Under the pieces are notes generated by a model that was not told the origin of the DNA, made no database searches, and worked only from the letters and a program-made list of their open reading frames with translations. From a virus, in the IMG/VR virus record IMGVR_UViG_3300010400_000005, positions 7,352-71,351 of that record: a stretch of DNA of 64,000 nt; one strand, 5' to 3'. Position 1 is the stretch's first letter; each line of letters opens with the position of its first letter. Below, one piece after another: positions 1 through 9,035 of this stretch. A program made the position numbers and the translations under genes.

Positions 1-1
1 A

Positions 2-103
2 GTTGGTAAAATGTTAACAGCAATTGGCACTGGCGGAGATGGTACTGTTGTTAAATGCTATCTAGACAATGCTGATAGAATCTATAATGATGGTGTAATG
101 TAG
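2..103 (+). CDS. 3' end of a truncated ORF, probably a capsid-associated protein
   Basis: Open frame VGKMLTAIGTGGDGTVVKCYLD...GVM ending TAG at 101-103; lies upstream of head-completion genes. Confidence 0.45.
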   Translation, partial: VGKMLTAIGTGGDGTVVKCYLDNADRIYNDGVM

Positions 104-136
104 TCATAAAATTCTAAAGAAAGGAGATTATTATTT

Positions 137-475
137 ATGGCTACACCTTGTACACTCAATAGATATTTAAATGGTTATCCACAAGTAAATGGAAACCACA
201 AAAAGAATGCTGCTGTGCTAAATGGTCCAACTGATTATGATGCAGGGGGAGTTACAATTCCAAGTATTGCTCATGTTGTTAATTTACATGAAATACATGT
301 ATTTTCTCGTTCTCTGCTTTATAATGTATATGCAGTAGTTAATACTAGCAATCCAGTTTTTAAAAGTTCAGATGTTAAAGTTTTCTTCATAGACGTAGCA
401 ACTGGACTTCAACCTGCTGATAATACTGATTTATCAGCAATTAAAATTGGACTAGTATTAGAAGGAACTAATTAA
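137..475 (+). CDS. Hypothetical virion protein
   Basis: 112-aa ORF with AAGGAG RBS, in the structural block. Confidence 0.6.
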   Translation: MATPCTLNRYLNGYPQVNGNHKKNAAVLNGPTDYDAGGVTIPSIAHVVNLHEIHVFSRSLLYNVYAVVNTSNPVFKSSDVKVFFIDVATGLQPADNTDLSAIKIGLVLEGTN

Positions 476-508
476 TTTTCAAGTACATAGCTGGATGGGG
501 GAGGCAAT

Positions 509-1591
509 ATGTCTTTAACTTTTGCTGATTTAAAAGCGAAGTTGGCAGGAGCTTTGGATATTCTTCCTCCAGCTATGTTAGGAGATTTAGTAAATGAAGC
601 TCTTTCTGATATCTATAAATCTAATGAGTGGGGATTTTTAACTAAGAAAGATATAATTAGAACTCCAGCGCTTATTAATACTGGAACAGCAAGTGTTACT
701 AAATATAGTGAAATTGTTACTTTAGATAGTGTAGCTTCAGCAGTAATTGTTGCTCTTAATGAAAATGATGTTCCTTTAATAGAGCGACAATTTAGAAATG
801 CTTCAGCTTCCGCAAATACGGGCAATTCTTTCTCATATAATATAATTGCTTTTGATACTACAGATGAAACCGCAGTAACTCTTACATTAGATCAACCTTA
901 TTGGGATGAAACTAATACTGCGCTTAGTTATCAAATTGTAAAACAGTTCTATAATCCTCCCTTTATTACAAACACAAGCGATGATGAAGTAATTGATTTT
1001 AAGTTTTGGAAGTATTTCATAAATTTAAAGTTGAATAGAAGATTAATTCTAACTACAACTTTAAATGTATTAAATAATTTCGATCCTTCGCGGCGCTATC
1101 TTGACGATCCTCGACATGTGATTCCTAATCCTCCCTCTTCTGACGAAGATTTTCCAAAGTTTGAATTATATCCAGTTCCGAAGTTTGAGAGAATTTATCA
1201 AGTTATCTATCAGAGAAAAGGGTTTAGATTAGTTAAAGAGAAAGATGTAATTCCACAATCTTTAGATCCAGAATTAATAAGAATTCGCGCAGAATATTGT
1301 GGATATAAATGGGCGCTTGCTAATATACATAAGTATCCTGAATTAAAAGGAAGTTCTGGAAGATTTCAGAATCTCATGGCGCTTTGCATGAACCCCAATG
1401 ATGAAGGTGCTTATCCTAAATTATTAGCAAGGCAAATTAAATTAGATGAAGAAAACTATCCAAAAGCCTATTTCGGCGATTACATGAGAATGCCTTACTT
1501 TGATTCTTATATAGGAAATTGGCCTTATTTAAACGAATATGAAGGAAGTGGATTTAATTCACTTTCTAATGTTGTAATTATAGATTTTTAG
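509..1591 (+). CDS. Putative head-tail adaptor / tail tubular protein
   Basis: N-terminal MSLTFADLK..LVNEALSDI..EWGFL and later ELYPVP pattern resemble podophage adaptor proteins; GGAGG RBS. Confidence 0.55.
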   Translation: MSLTFADLKAKLAGALDILPPAMLGDLVNEALSDIYKSNEWGFLTKKDIIRTPALINTGTASVTKYSEIVTLDSVASAVIVALNENDVPLIERQFRNASASANTGNSFSYNIIAFDTTDETAVTLTLDQPYWDETNTALSYQIVKQFYNPPFITNTSDDEVIDFKFWKYFINLKLNRRLILTTTLNVLNNFDPSRRYLDDPRHVIPNPPSSDEDFPKFELYPVPKFERIYQVIYQRKGFRLVKEKDVIPQSLDPELIRIRAEYCGYKWALANIHKYPELKGSSGRFQNLMALCMNPNDEGAYPKLLARQIKLDEENYPKAYFGDYMRMPYFDSYIGNWPYLNEYEGSGFNSLSNVVIIDF

Positions 1592-1601
1592 GAGATTGAA
1601 T

Positions 1602-1709
1602 ATGATTAAAGTAGGAGAAATATTAATTCATAGTGGTTTAGTTTGTGTTGTTATTAGAATTGCTAGTAATAATGAGCCAGTATTGCGCGCAATTGGCGTA
1701 GCAATATAA
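1602..1709 (+). CDS. Small 35-aa hypothetical protein (not in ORF track)
   Basis: AGGAG RBS then MIKVGEILIHSGLVCVVIRIASNNEPVLRAIGVAI*. Confidence 0.45.
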   Translation: MIKVGEILIHSGLVCVVIRIASNNEPVLRAIGVAI

Positions 1710-1739
1710 AATTGAAATTTTTTGTAGGAGAAAGCAAAG

Positions 1740-2054
1740 ATGAATAAAATGCGTAGATCAAGAACAGATGCTTCAGAAATAACTGGTGGAGCAATGAAAC
1801 AAGCTCCAGGTGTTTATGGGAAAGGAGGTGGTCCTGGTTTTGAGAATTATCCTCAATCGAAAGGAGCAAATACTATAGTAACTAAAACTGCTGAAACTTC
1901 TTTAGGAACCGCCAAAGAAACAGTAAATCAACTTCGCCGTTCTGCTTCTAATACTAGATTTGGAATGGAAGGAAAACAAGCAACTTCTACGACTATGAAA
2001 ACCAGCAAGAATAATTATCGTAGATCGCGCACTAGTATTTCTGAAGTTAAGTAA
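1740..2054 (+). CDS. Basic, probably disordered protein
   Basis: AGGAG RBS; R/K/S/T/G-rich, RRS motifs at both ends. Confidence 0.6.
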   Translation: MNKMRRSRTDASEITGGAMKQAPGVYGKGGGPGFENYPQSKGANTIVTKTAETSLGTAKETVNQLRRSASNTRFGMEGKQATSTTMKTSKNNYRRSRTSISEVK

Positions 2055-2059
2055 ATAAT

Positions 2060-3874
2060 ATGAAAAATAGAACAGTAGCTTTCCTTTTCTTATTTCTTGC
2101 TCTTAGCTGCATCTTTATTTTGAGAAGTTCAAAAGCTGATGTAGTTAAGAGCAAGTATTTTAATTATGTTGAGAAGGGTGCAAGAGTTGTAAAGACTTCT
2201 CCTTCTACTCAATATAAGTTAATGGAAACTTATCCGCAAGCTACTGTGACTGTTTACGAAGCTGGTACATTAACACTTGCAAGTTTATGGGTGGATAGGG
2301 ATGGCCTTGTAATAAAAGCAAATCCATTTACTGCTGATACAGATTCTTTTTACTATTTCTATGTAGATTGTGGAAAGTACGATATTAAATTTAGTGGAAC
2401 TGGAATAACTTCACCTTATAGTTATGGTGATATTTTTATTTGTTCCTCATTTTCTGATAATGCTTTAACTTTTAATGTAGGAACAAGTGGAACTGATTTT
2501 AATGTTTCTCAAGTTGGATCTACTGTAACTTATAATCTACCAGATGCAAGTTTATTAAATAGAGGCGCTGTTACTATACTAGATCAGAGCTTTAATGGAA
2601 ATAAAACATTTGATGATAATGTAATAATAGATTCTGGAAATTTGCAATTCACTGGTTCAACTTCTGGAAGAATCACAATTCAACCAGCTAGTATTGCAGG
2701 TACTTATACTTTAACATTACCAGTAGATGATGGAACCTCTAATCAAGTCCTACAAACAGATGGAAATGGAATTTTAAGTTGGGCTACTGTTAGTGGTGGC
2801 GGAAGTAGTGGAACTGTCACTGACTTTTCTGCTGGAAATTTATCTCCATTATTTACAACTTCTGTAGCAAATTCTACAACAACTCCAGCTTTAACTTTTA
2901 ATTTGTCAAATGTAGCGGCCAATACTTATTTTGGTAATAACACTGGCAGTTCAGCCGCACCATCTTTCATAACACTATCTGCAACTTCTCCAATTGTAAT
3001 TTCACAAGGAGTTGGAACTACTACTCTATCTTGTCCTACTTGTGGTGGTGGGACTTTAATTAATCCTACTGATAATAGATTTCCTTATAGATCAAATGCA
3101 ACTACATTTTTAGATTCTCCATTATGGCGCGAAGATGCAAATACTGCAATTTTAAGATCAACTTTAGGATCAGGTCCGGGTTCAACTCAGATTTTTGTAG
3201 TTGCAAGAGAATATACATCTAGCTCTAGTTGGCATGGATTGTCAATGAATTGCAATAGTACGAATTGTAATCTTGCATTAATTAATAATTCTGGAAACTT
3301 AGTAGCACCAGAATTAAATATAGGTGGTGGAGATAAAATTACGTTTTATTCTGGCGGTGGACAGGGATGGCAATTTACTACAGCAAGAGATTTCATTCCA
3401 AGTGGCTCAAATGGAGCTTTTAGTATTGGAGATGTTGGACATGCTGTAAATAAGTTATGGATGAATAAGCAGATTAAATATGTAAATGTAAACGATCTTG
3501 CAACAAATTTACCTTGGATCGATCACGTTCAAACTTGGAATGATGCTTGTGCTGGTTGTGTTACTTTTACTGGATTTAAATCAAACATAACAGATACATC
3601 TAGCAATGCTGCATCATTGCTAATGGATTTACAAGTTGGTGGAGTTAGTAAGTTTAAAATAGATAAGAGTGGAAATGTGACAATAGCAGGATCTACTAAT
3701 GTAACTTCTCATTGTTATGCAGCGAATGTTTGTGATTTTTTCGGTAGTGGAAGTCCTGAAACTGTGCTTTCTGCTAATGTTGGCTCAACTTATAGAAGAA
3801 CAGATGGTGGAGCTAATGCTACATTTTATGTGAAAGAATCTGGTACTGGTAATACAGGTTGGGCTCCCAAATAA
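2060..3874 (+). CDS. Tail fibre/spike-like protein with signal peptide
   Basis: Hydrophobic N-terminus ending SKA; ATVTVYEAGT..NPFTAD..YDI head-binding-like domain; G/S/T-rich; C-terminal GSGSPE..GSTYRRTDGG..YVKESGTGNTGW motif typical of phage spikes. Confidence 0.7.
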   Translation: MKNRTVAFLFLFLALSCIFILRSSKADVVKSKYFNYVEKGARVVKTSPSTQYKLMETYPQATVTVYEAGTLTLASLWVDRDGLVIKANPFTADTDSFYYFYVDCGKYDIKFSGTGITSPYSYGDIFICSSFSDNALTFNVGTSGTDFNVSQVGSTVTYNLPDASLLNRGAVTILDQSFNGNKTFDDNVIIDSGNLQFTGSTSGRITIQPASIAGTYTLTLPVDDGTSNQVLQTDGNGILSWATVSGGGSSGTVTDFSAGNLSPLFTTSVANSTTTPALTFNLSNVAANTYFGNNTGSSAAPSFITLSATSPIVISQGVGTTTLSCPTCGGGTLINPTDNRFPYRSNATTFLDSPLWREDANTAILRSTLGSGPGSTQIFVVAREYTSSSSWHGLSMNCNSTNCNLALINNSGNLVAPELNIGGGDKITFYSGGGQGWQFTTARDFIPSGSNGAFSIGDVGHAVNKLWMNKQIKYVNVNDLATNLPWIDHVQTWNDACAGCVTFTGFKSNITDTSSNAASLLMDLQVGGVSKFKIDKSGNVTIAGSTNVTSHCYAANVCDFFGSGSPETVLSANVGSTYRRTDGGANATFYVKESGTGNTGWAPK

Positions 3875-3886
3875 ATATCAAAACTT

Positions 3887-4330
3887 ATGAAATCTTGCAT
3901 AAAATGTAACATTAGAGAAGTTTATGGAGCTAGATATTCATATTGTAAAGAATGTTAAGCTGAGATTGCTAGGAACTGGAGAGCGGTTAATAGAAATTAT
4001 ATAAGGAAAGTTAAGAAAATAAAATATGCCTCATTGACACCAGATCAAAAATGGGAAGGACATCTATGGCGACGATATGGATTGACAATTAAGCGTTATA
4101 GAAAGTTAGAAGAAGAACAAGGTGGAGTTTGTGCAATTTGCAGTGAGCAAAGCATTAGATTAAGATTATCAGTTGATCATTGTCATAATACTGGAAAAAT
4201 TAGAGGATTGTTGTGTGAACGTTGTAATACTTTACTTGGTAGAATTAAAGATAATCCAATGATTTTACTTTCTGCAATTATTTATTTGGAAGATAATGGA
4301 ATAAAGATTACAGAGGCAATATCTGAATAA
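3887..4330 (+). pseudogene. Endonuclease VII-like HNH endonuclease with in-frame stop
   Basis: CAIC..LSVDHCH.TGKIRGLLC..CN motif; ATG 3887 with CxxC..CxxC is in frame, interrupted by TAA at 3956-3958. Confidence 0.7.
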
Positions 4331-4338
4331 AAATTATT

Positions 4339-5640
4339 ATGAAAATAAAAATAGTTGCTATCTTAATATTATTAAGTATTTCTGCATTAGCCTTTCAAAC
4401 TTCACCTTATGCGCGGCGAATTCGACCATTTTCATCAACTCCAAGTAGTTGTCAGGAAAATGAAATTGGTTATAATATGACTGCTCATACTCTACATATT
4501 TGTAAAAATTCTGGATATGTAGAATTGACAACTGGAAGCTCAGGTAGTTTCGCACCAGTAAATGCTACTTATATAACTCAAACAGCAAATGCAACTTTAA
4601 CTAATGAACAAGCCCTTGCTAGTTTAGCAACTGGAATTTTAAAAAATACAACTACGACTGGAATTTTATCTATAGGAACTGCTGGAGATGTTAATTCAAT
4701 ATTACCAACTCAAACTAGCAATAGTGGAAAGTTTTTAACTACAAATGGAACTGTTTCTAGTTGGGCTACTATTTCTAGTGGAATAACTAATGCTGCTGGA
4801 AATAATGTAATTCCTAAATCTGATGGAACTAATTTAGTTGCAAGTAGAATTAGTGATGATGGAACAAATCCAATTAACATAGATCCGAGTGAACTCCCAA
4901 GTCCATTGTTAAATATTGGAAGATCCGGAATTGTTGCTACTGGAATATTTCAAGTTTATGGAACAAGTGGAGATTTTACTACTGGTAATCCAGCAGTTTC
5001 TATTCAAGCAGAAACTAACTTAGGAGATGATGATGGGCAAGTAAGAGCATTGAAGGTTAGAGCTTTATCATTAAATGGTGGTGACTTAGTTCCCATTGGG
5101 GATGTTGTTGGCGGAGACTTTGATGCTAGTGCAGCTAAGAATAGTTCAGCAGTTTATGCAGTAGTAACGAGTGCTTCAGCAAGTGGAGCTATCACTGTTA
5201 CTAATATGTGGAGCTTATTAGTTAGTGGTAATATATCTGGTGGAGCAACTGTTACTAATAATTATGGAATAGAAGTGCAAGATATCAGTGGTGGTACAAA
5301 TAATTGGGCAATTAAAACTGGAGTTGGAAGAGTTAGATTTAGCGATGTTTTAAGCTTAGGTGGAGATTTACAATTAACTAAAACTATAACAGGTAGTGGG
5401 ACAACTGGTGAACAAACCATTAATAAAAGTTCTGGTTCTGTAAATTTTGCTGCTGGAGCAACTTCTTTAGTTGTTACAAATTCTTTAGTAACTACTGGTT
5501 CAATTGTTCATTGTACAGTTGGTGCCAATGATACAACTTTCAAATCTGCTCAATGTGTTGCTGGATCTGGAATCTTCACTATTTTTTCTAATGCTGCTGC
5601 TACCGATGAAACTAGAGTTAACTTTTTAGTAACTAATTAA
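4339..5640 (+). CDS. Fibre-like protein with signal peptide
   Basis: MKIK + hydrophobic core + ALA cleavage site; LPTQTSNSGKFLTTNGTVSSW fibre motif. Confidence 0.7.
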   Translation: MKIKIVAILILLSISALAFQTSPYARRIRPFSSTPSSCQENEIGYNMTAHTLHICKNSGYVELTTGSSGSFAPVNATYITQTANATLTNEQALASLATGILKNTTTTGILSIGTAGDVNSILPTQTSNSGKFLTTNGTVSSWATISSGITNAAGNNVIPKSDGTNLVASRISDDGTNPINIDPSELPSPLLNIGRSGIVATGIFQVYGTSGDFTTGNPAVSIQAETNLGDDDGQVRALKVRALSLNGGDLVPIGDVVGGDFDASAAKNSSAVYAVVTSASASGAITVTNMWSLLVSGNISGGATVTNNYGIEVQDISGGTNNWAIKTGVGRVRFSDVLSLGGDLQLTKTITGSGTTGEQTINKSSGSVNFAAGATSLVVTNSLVTTGSIVHCTVGANDTTFKSAQCVAGSGIFTIFSNAAATDETRVNFLVTN

Positions 5641-5645
5641 ATAAA

Positions 5646-7106
5646 ATGAAAATTAAATCTTTGTCAATTTTTGCTATTGGAATAATTATTTATTCATTAT
5701 TCTTATTTCTTTGTTTAGATAACAATCTGACAGCAGAAGCGTTTGCTCAATCAGATTCATGTACTGATGGACAAGTACTTGTTATTGATACAATTAATAA
5801 AAGATATAAATGCATGGCTATATCTGCTGGAGGATTAGGTTCTGGCAACATTAACATGACAGTAGCTAATGCTTCTTCTGTAGGAACAACTACTGGATTA
5901 TTAGCAAAATTAACAGGGGCGCCATCTACAGTTAGAAATGCAGAAACTACAGATACAGAAAATGCTATTGGAGTTTGTACTTCTGGTTGTGGAACAACGG
6001 GAGATGCAACTATAGCAATTGCTGGACAAGTAAATTGTCAATTTGATGGAAGTACAACTGCTGGCAATTATGTGGTAATTTCAGCAACTTCTGCTGGAAA
6101 ATGTCACGATAATGGAAGCTCTTTTCCAAATGATAAAGCTGCTTATGGAAGAGTTTTAACTACAAACGTAGGTGCTGGAACTTATGCAATGACTTTAATG
6201 ACTCCTGATATTGCTTTTCAAAATGCTGGAAATGGTAAAAGTAGACCAGGAGGCTCTAATGGACAGTATCAATTTAATGATAGTAACTCATTTAATGGTG
6301 GGCCACTAATTCGAGAAAGTGCTAATGTAGTTGCGCAAAGAAATGGAGCAAGTGGACAACAGTTTAATATCTATAGAGTTTTCAATAATGTATCCAGTTT
6401 TGAAAGATTACATTTAGGTTGGGATGGATCTAATTATGGAATTTACGTAGATAATCAAGCTGGAACTGTTGGAACTGCTGAATTAGCAATTGGCGGCAAT
6501 CCTATTATCTTCTATACAAATGGTAGCAATAGATGGTCTATAGGAACTACTGGACATTTTACTCCAACTGGTTCAAATGGTGGATTTAATATAGGAGATA
6601 GTGGACACAGAATTGGTCAGTTGTTTATGTATAAGCAGCTTGACTTTAGTAATGTAAATGATGCAACTGCTAGTGAGCCTTTTATTACTCATGCAAGAGT
6701 ATGGAATGCTACTGGTGTAACAATGCATAATTTTACATCTAATGTAACAAATACAGCAAGTGCTGCTGCTTCTACATTATTTGAATGGCAAGTAGGCGGA
6801 ACTAATAAATTTGCAATGAATATTGGTGGATTACCAATATTAGATCAAACAATAACTACTGGTGGAACTACAGGAGACCAAACAATTAACAAAGCTGCTG
6901 GAACAGTGAATGTTGCTGCTGCTGGAACAACTGTTACTGTAACTAATAGTTTAGTTACTACTTCTTCCACCATTTATGTTTCTCCTAGAACTAATGATTC
7001 TACGTGTGCATTTAAAAATGCAGTTCCAGCTTCAGGGAGTTTTACAATAAATTTAACTGCTGGTTGCACAGCCGAAACGAGCTTTGGATTTTTAGTTATT
7101 AATTGA
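5646..7106 (+). CDS. Fibre-like protein with signal peptide
   Basis: Hydrophobic N-terminus ending AFA-Q; PGGSNGQYQFND fibre motif; modules shared with ORFs 2060 and 4339. Confidence 0.7.
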   Translation: MKIKSLSIFAIGIIIYSLFLFLCLDNNLTAEAFAQSDSCTDGQVLVIDTINKRYKCMAISAGGLGSGNINMTVANASSVGTTTGLLAKLTGAPSTVRNAETTDTENAIGVCTSGCGTTGDATIAIAGQVNCQFDGSTTAGNYVVISATSAGKCHDNGSSFPNDKAAYGRVLTTNVGAGTYAMTLMTPDIAFQNAGNGKSRPGGSNGQYQFNDSNSFNGGPLIRESANVVAQRNGASGQQFNIYRVFNNVSSFERLHLGWDGSNYGIYVDNQAGTVGTAELAIGGNPIIFYTNGSNRWSIGTTGHFTPTGSNGGFNIGDSGHRIGQLFMYKQLDFSNVNDATASEPFITHARVWNATGVTMHNFTSNVTNTASAAASTLFEWQVGGTNKFAMNIGGLPILDQTITTGGTTGDQTINKAAGTVNVAAAGTTVTVTNSLVTTSSTIYVSPRTNDSTCAFKNAVPASGSFTINLTAGCTAETSFGFLVIN

Positions 7107-7125
7107 GTAAATGGAGTAAATTATT

Positions 7126-7407
7126 ATGCCTTATGAATTAGATATATCTTCTGAAACTACAAAAGAAGCAAGTGATTTATTGGCAAATCAAGCATTAATT
7201 GTAGTTAATGCAACTACTAACACTGCAAAACTAATTGCAAAAGATTCTGCTGGAGATGCAATTGAAGCTAATTTTATGCCTGCTGCTGTAAGTTTTCTTG
7301 CTGATCCAGTCGGTGCTGTGACTGATCAAGATGACGAAGCGAGAGCAGCAATAATTGCTATTCGAGATAGAATGATTACATTGGGATTAATGGAAGCTGA
7401 GGCTTAG
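7126..7407 (+). CDS. Small head-fibre-like protein
   Basis: C-terminal LADPVG..DDEARAAIIAIRDRMITLGLM resembles the helical C-terminus of head-fibre/DUF2793-type proteins. Confidence 0.45.
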   Translation: MPYELDISSETTKEASDLLANQALIVVNATTNTAKLIAKDSAGDAIEANFMPAAVSFLADPVGAVTDQDDEARAAIIAIRDRMITLGLMEAEA

Positions 7408-7409
7408 TT

Positions 7410-9035
7410 ATGAAGTTTAAATTATTTATTTTATTTATGTTTTTTATTTGCGTATCTATATTTACCATAGACTCCTATTATGCGCAGCCAAATAAAAGTT
7501 CTCCAGCCAGAAGTATATTTGCAGTTAGTGTTAATCCACTAGCATGTAAGGAAAATGAAATCTTTTATAATATGACTACGCATCAATTTCTAGTATGCAC
7601 TGGACTTAATACCTTATCAGTAGTCTCATTTGGTGGAGATGGTGGAGGTTCATTAGCTAGTTTAAATGGACTTTCTACTAGTATTCAATCTTTTACTACT
7701 GGAACATCTGGTAGTAATTTTAATATTTCCTCTAGTGGGAGTACACATACTTTTAATATTCCAACAGCTAGTGGTGTTAATCGAGGATTGCTTTCTAGTT
7801 CTGATTGGCTTATATTTAATAATAAGCAACCAGTATTAGGATTTACGCCTGAAAATATAGCTAATAAAAATGCTACAAATGGCTATGTAGGATTATCTAG
7901 TGGAAAAATTACTAACAGTCAAATGTCAGAAGTTTTAGCAATTACTGATCTTTCTGATTATTCTATAGTATCAGGAACTGGAAACACAGCAATTCGTGCA
8001 ACTTTTACTTCGCTAACAACTAATGATTGTATATTGTGGAATGGAACTAATTGGGTTAATTCAAACACATGTGCATCTGGCGCAACTGGAATTACTTCCT
8101 TAAATACACTGAGTGCTGCATCACAAATTTTTACTATTGGAACTAGCGGGAGTGACTTTAATATTTCTAGCTCTAGCTCAACTCATACATTTAATCTTCC
8201 ATCCGCTTCTGCATCTAATAGAGGACTTTTAACTTCTACTGATTGGTCTACTTTTAATAATAAACAGGTAGCTTTGGGATTTACTCCTGAAAATTCTGCA
8301 AATAAGAATGCAACTAATGGATATGTTGGTCTCTCATCTGGCAAAGTTGCTTTAGTACAATTACAAGAAATATTAGGAATTGCGGATTTAACTGATTTTA
8401 CTGGAAAGTCAGGAAATGGAACAACTGCAATTGGTGCAACTATAACCTCTATTCAAACAAATGATTGTTTAATTTGGGATGGAAGTAAATGGATAAACTC
8501 TGCTTCTTGTGGTAGCGGTGGTGGTGGAAGTGGAGATATGATATTAGCAGGTATTCAAACTGTTACTGGAGCCAAAACATTTGATGCTGCTAAATTAATA
8601 GTTGGAACTTCATTATCTATACCAACTATAGTAGCTAACTCTTTTTATAGAAACACTACAGATGGAAAATTATATGTAGGTGCAAGTAATGGAGCATCTT
8701 GGAATGAAATATTAGAAGCTGGAGTATCTGGTCCAATTTCTGTAGCATCTGGCGGAAATGGGCTAATTGGAAGTGGCTCTAATGTAGCATCAGCTTCTAC
8801 TATCTCTATATCTGGAAAGATATTTCATGTAACTGGAACAACCACTATTACCTCAATAAGTGGTAGTGGAATTTCTGCTGGAACAGAAGTTACATTAATA
8901 TTTGATGGAATTTTAACTTTTACTGATGGATCTAATCTTAAGCTAAATGGAAATTTTGTAACTTCTGCTGATGATACAATAACTTTAGTATGGGATGGAA
9001 GTACATGGTATGAAACTTCGAGAAGTTCTAATTAG
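7410..9035 (+). CDS. Fibre-like protein with signal peptide and internal duplication
   Basis: Hydrophobic N-terminus; two copies of SLN.LS..Q.FT.GTSGS.FNISSS.STHTFN.P.AS..NRGLL.S.DW..FNNKQ..LGFTPEN.ANKNATNGYVGLSSGK. Confidence 0.7.
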   Translation: MKFKLFILFMFFICVSIFTIDSYYAQPNKSSPARSIFAVSVNPLACKENEIFYNMTTHQFLVCTGLNTLSVVSFGGDGGGSLASLNGLSTSIQSFTTGTSGSNFNISSSGSTHTFNIPTASGVNRGLLSSSDWLIFNNKQPVLGFTPENIANKNATNGYVGLSSGKITNSQMSEVLAITDLSDYSIVSGTGNTAIRATFTSLTTNDCILWNGTNWVNSNTCASGATGITSLNTLSAASQIFTIGTSGSDFNISSSSSTHTFNLPSASASNRGLLTSTDWSTFNNKQVALGFTPENSANKNATNGYVGLSSGKVALVQLQEILGIADLTDFTGKSGNGTTAIGATITSIQTNDCLIWDGSKWINSASCGSGGGGSGDMILAGIQTVTGAKTFDAAKLIVGTSLSIPTIVANSFYRNTTDGKLYVGASNGASWNEILEAGVSGPISVASGGNGLIGSGSNVASASTISISGKIFHVTGTTTITSISGSGISAGTEVTLIFDGILTFTDGSNLKLNGNFVTSADDTITLVWDGSTWYETSRSSN

